Positions 50,631-52,686 of a stretch of 52,686 nt of DNA are shown piece by piece. The notes beneath the pieces were generated by a model that did not search any database, had not been told where the DNA came from, and saw only the letters and a list, made by a program, of their open reading frames with translations. Location of the stretch: NCBI GenBank assembly GCA_002104945.1, contig MCFH01000107.1, forward strand, positions 1 through 52,686, written 5' to 3'. The DNA comes from Piromyces finnis finn. Lineage: Eukaryota; Fungi; Neocallimastigomycota. Numbering within the stretch: position 1 is the first letter of the stretch; each line of letters begins with the position of its first letter. The position numbers and the translations under genes were made by a program.

Positions 50631-52686
50631 GTGGGAGAAGGAATACTCCCATAAATCAAACCAATACTACTTTTGCTACAATATCAGTACCAGTAAATGA
50701 AGAAATTACTATTCCAGTAATAAGAAAAGCTAAAAAGAATACTGATATTAAACCATATAAAAGAACTACCAAAGAAAAATTAAGTGACAATCCACAACCA
50801 ATTAGAGTTCCAAGTAATGAGACTAGAGAACCATTAAATAATACTTATGAAGATATAATTGAAGTTCCAAATAATGAAGTAGAAATGGAGACTGTAATTG
50901 AAAATGAAAATAATAATAATAATAATAATCTTAATAATAATTATAATAATAATATTAATAATAATATGAGTATGAATAATGACACTAATATAAATAATAA
51001 TGAAAGTAATAAAATAGATAATAACATTAATGATAATAATATTAATAATAACACTAATTCAACAGAAGCATTAAAACAATTAGATCCTTCATTCATTAAT
51101 CAACCCACTATAGATAAAGCTAAACGAAATAATAAAAAAGAACGAGAAAAGGAAATAATAGAATTAGCAAAAGAGATTGAACTTCCAAGTCAAAAAGAAA
51201 AAGATGTACCAAATGAAAAAGGTACAAAAAGATTAGTTATATCAGCAGATCAAGAAAAATATAATATAACTAAAGATATAGGAGAAAAATTTGCAAATAT
51301 AACAATAGGTCAACTACTTGAAATTAGTCCTAAATTAAAAACAGAACTTTCAAAAGCATTAAAATTTACTAAAATTATTGAGGATGAATCTACAATTCTT
51401 TCCACCATAAGAAAAGATAAAGTTGTGAAATCAAAATGCAAAATAGAAGGAATAGAAACTACTGTATATTTGGATTCCTGTTCATCTATAAATATGATTA
51501 CTAGAAAATTCTTATTAGAAAATAATATTCCATTAAAACCAGTTTCAAAAATTAGAGAAACTTTATATCAAGCTTATTCCAATACTACTATTGAGTCGCA
51601 TCTATATGAAATTGAAATTACTATTGGTAATATAACATCTAAAGAAATATTTAGACTTATTGAAAAAGAAGATATATTCCAGGTCTTAATTGGTGTAGAA
51701 ACTTTAGCTAATATGAAATTAATTATGGACTTTTCTGATCATACTTTATATCAGAAAACTGATGATATTCACAAAATTGGATCTTTTGAAAGTATTAATG
51801 AAATGAATCAAACTAACTTAATAGAAGAATTGATGAAGAAATTAATCAAGATGCATTAATATATTACTTAACTAGTCAGAATGATAAATATCAAGATTTA
51901 GAAATTAAAACTACTAGTGATTCTAAATTACAACTTATTAATAAAATAGTTGATGAAACACAAAAAGAAGCAAAAGACCAACTGAAGAATCTTTTAATAA
52001 CTAATATAGATGTTCTAGCTAATGATACTGATGATTTGGGTAAATCAAAATTATTAGCTCATGAAATTAAATTAAATCAAGATGATCCTATTAAACAGAA
52101 AATGTATCGTATTTCTAATAAAGAACATATGGAAATTCTAAAAGAAGAAATAGGAAAGCTTTTAAAGAATGATTTAATAGAACCATCACAATCATCTTGG
52201 TCTTCTCCAGTTTTATTAGTACCAAAAAAGAATGGAAAATGGAGGATGTGTGTAGATTATAGAAAATTAAATTCTATAACAATAAAAGATTCATATCCAC
52301 TTCCATATATTGAAGAAATATTATTTTCTATTGGTAATAATGTAAAATATTATCTACATTGGATTTATTCTCTGGTTTTCATCAAATACCAATGAAGAAA
52401 GGAAGATATTGATTAAAACATTGTTTTACAACAATATTTGGAAATTATTAATTACAAAGTAATGCTTTTGGGTTTATGTAATGCTCCAGCAACCTTTCAA
52501 AGAGAAATGAACCGTATATTTCTACCACTTATTGGAAAATGTTTATTTGTTTATATGGATGACCTTTTAGTATTTTCTCCAAGTCTTGAACAACATATAT
52601 TAGATCTTCAAAAGGTTTTTAATATAATAAAAGAAAATGGTATAAAAGCAAATCTTTCAAAATGTCATTTCTTAAAACAAGAAGTA
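50627..52686 (+). pseudogene. pol: Pol, copy 2, partial and frameshifted (indels near 51830 and several after 52350)
   Basis: Same sequence as copy 1 with single-base indels, mostly in or beside short homopolymers; these may be sequencing errors. Confidence 0.8.

Larger units (their letters stand above)
46664..52686 (+). mobile_element. Ty3/gypsy copy 2, in tandem and truncated by the window end
   Basis: LTR, PBS, leader, gag and 5' pol are nearly identical to copy 1 (offset 8688 bp at gag). Confidence 0.92.

Noticed and set aside
51830-52686. Frameshifts in pol copy 2 as real decay or recoding
   Set aside because: Single-base indels cluster toward the window end in otherwise near-identical sequence, which suggests low-coverage long-read error. 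Unresolved without raw reads.

Overview
Very AT-rich, intron-rich eukaryotic DNA. It is most likely an anaerobic gut fungus (Neocallimastigomycota); this is inferred from base composition, Asn-rich proteins and a fungal-type KH protein. The left half (1-27 kb) holds five protein genes: a 1074-aa coiled-coil/low-complexity hypothetical, a 6-exon oligoribonuclease (Rex2/Orn) with an in-frame PAM2 motif and Asn/Tyr-rich tail, an 8-exon syntaxin-6/Tlg1 containing a U12-type AT-AC intron, a 3xKH Pbp2/hnRNP-K-like protein, and a 239-aa membrane-anchored protein with PP1-docking-like motifs. It also has tRNA-Arg(CCT) and microsatellites. The right half (27-52.7 kb) is almost entirely retroelements stacked upstream of two tRNA-Pro(AGG) genes. 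Two solo LTRs sit at the same nucleotide 64 nt upstream of tRNA-Pro #1 (three copies of the TSD AGAAT), and one of them carries a full-length APE+RT LINE. A tandem Ty3/gypsy array starts 12 nt upstream of tRNA-Pro #2. Its first LTR was hit by a further solo LTR (-74) and by a non-autonomous LTR element (-63) with a Tf1-like self-priming PBS. The best candidate for an undescribed system is position- and orientation-specific targeting of Pol III genes by two distinct LTR lineages. All calls are by eye; no database searches were run.
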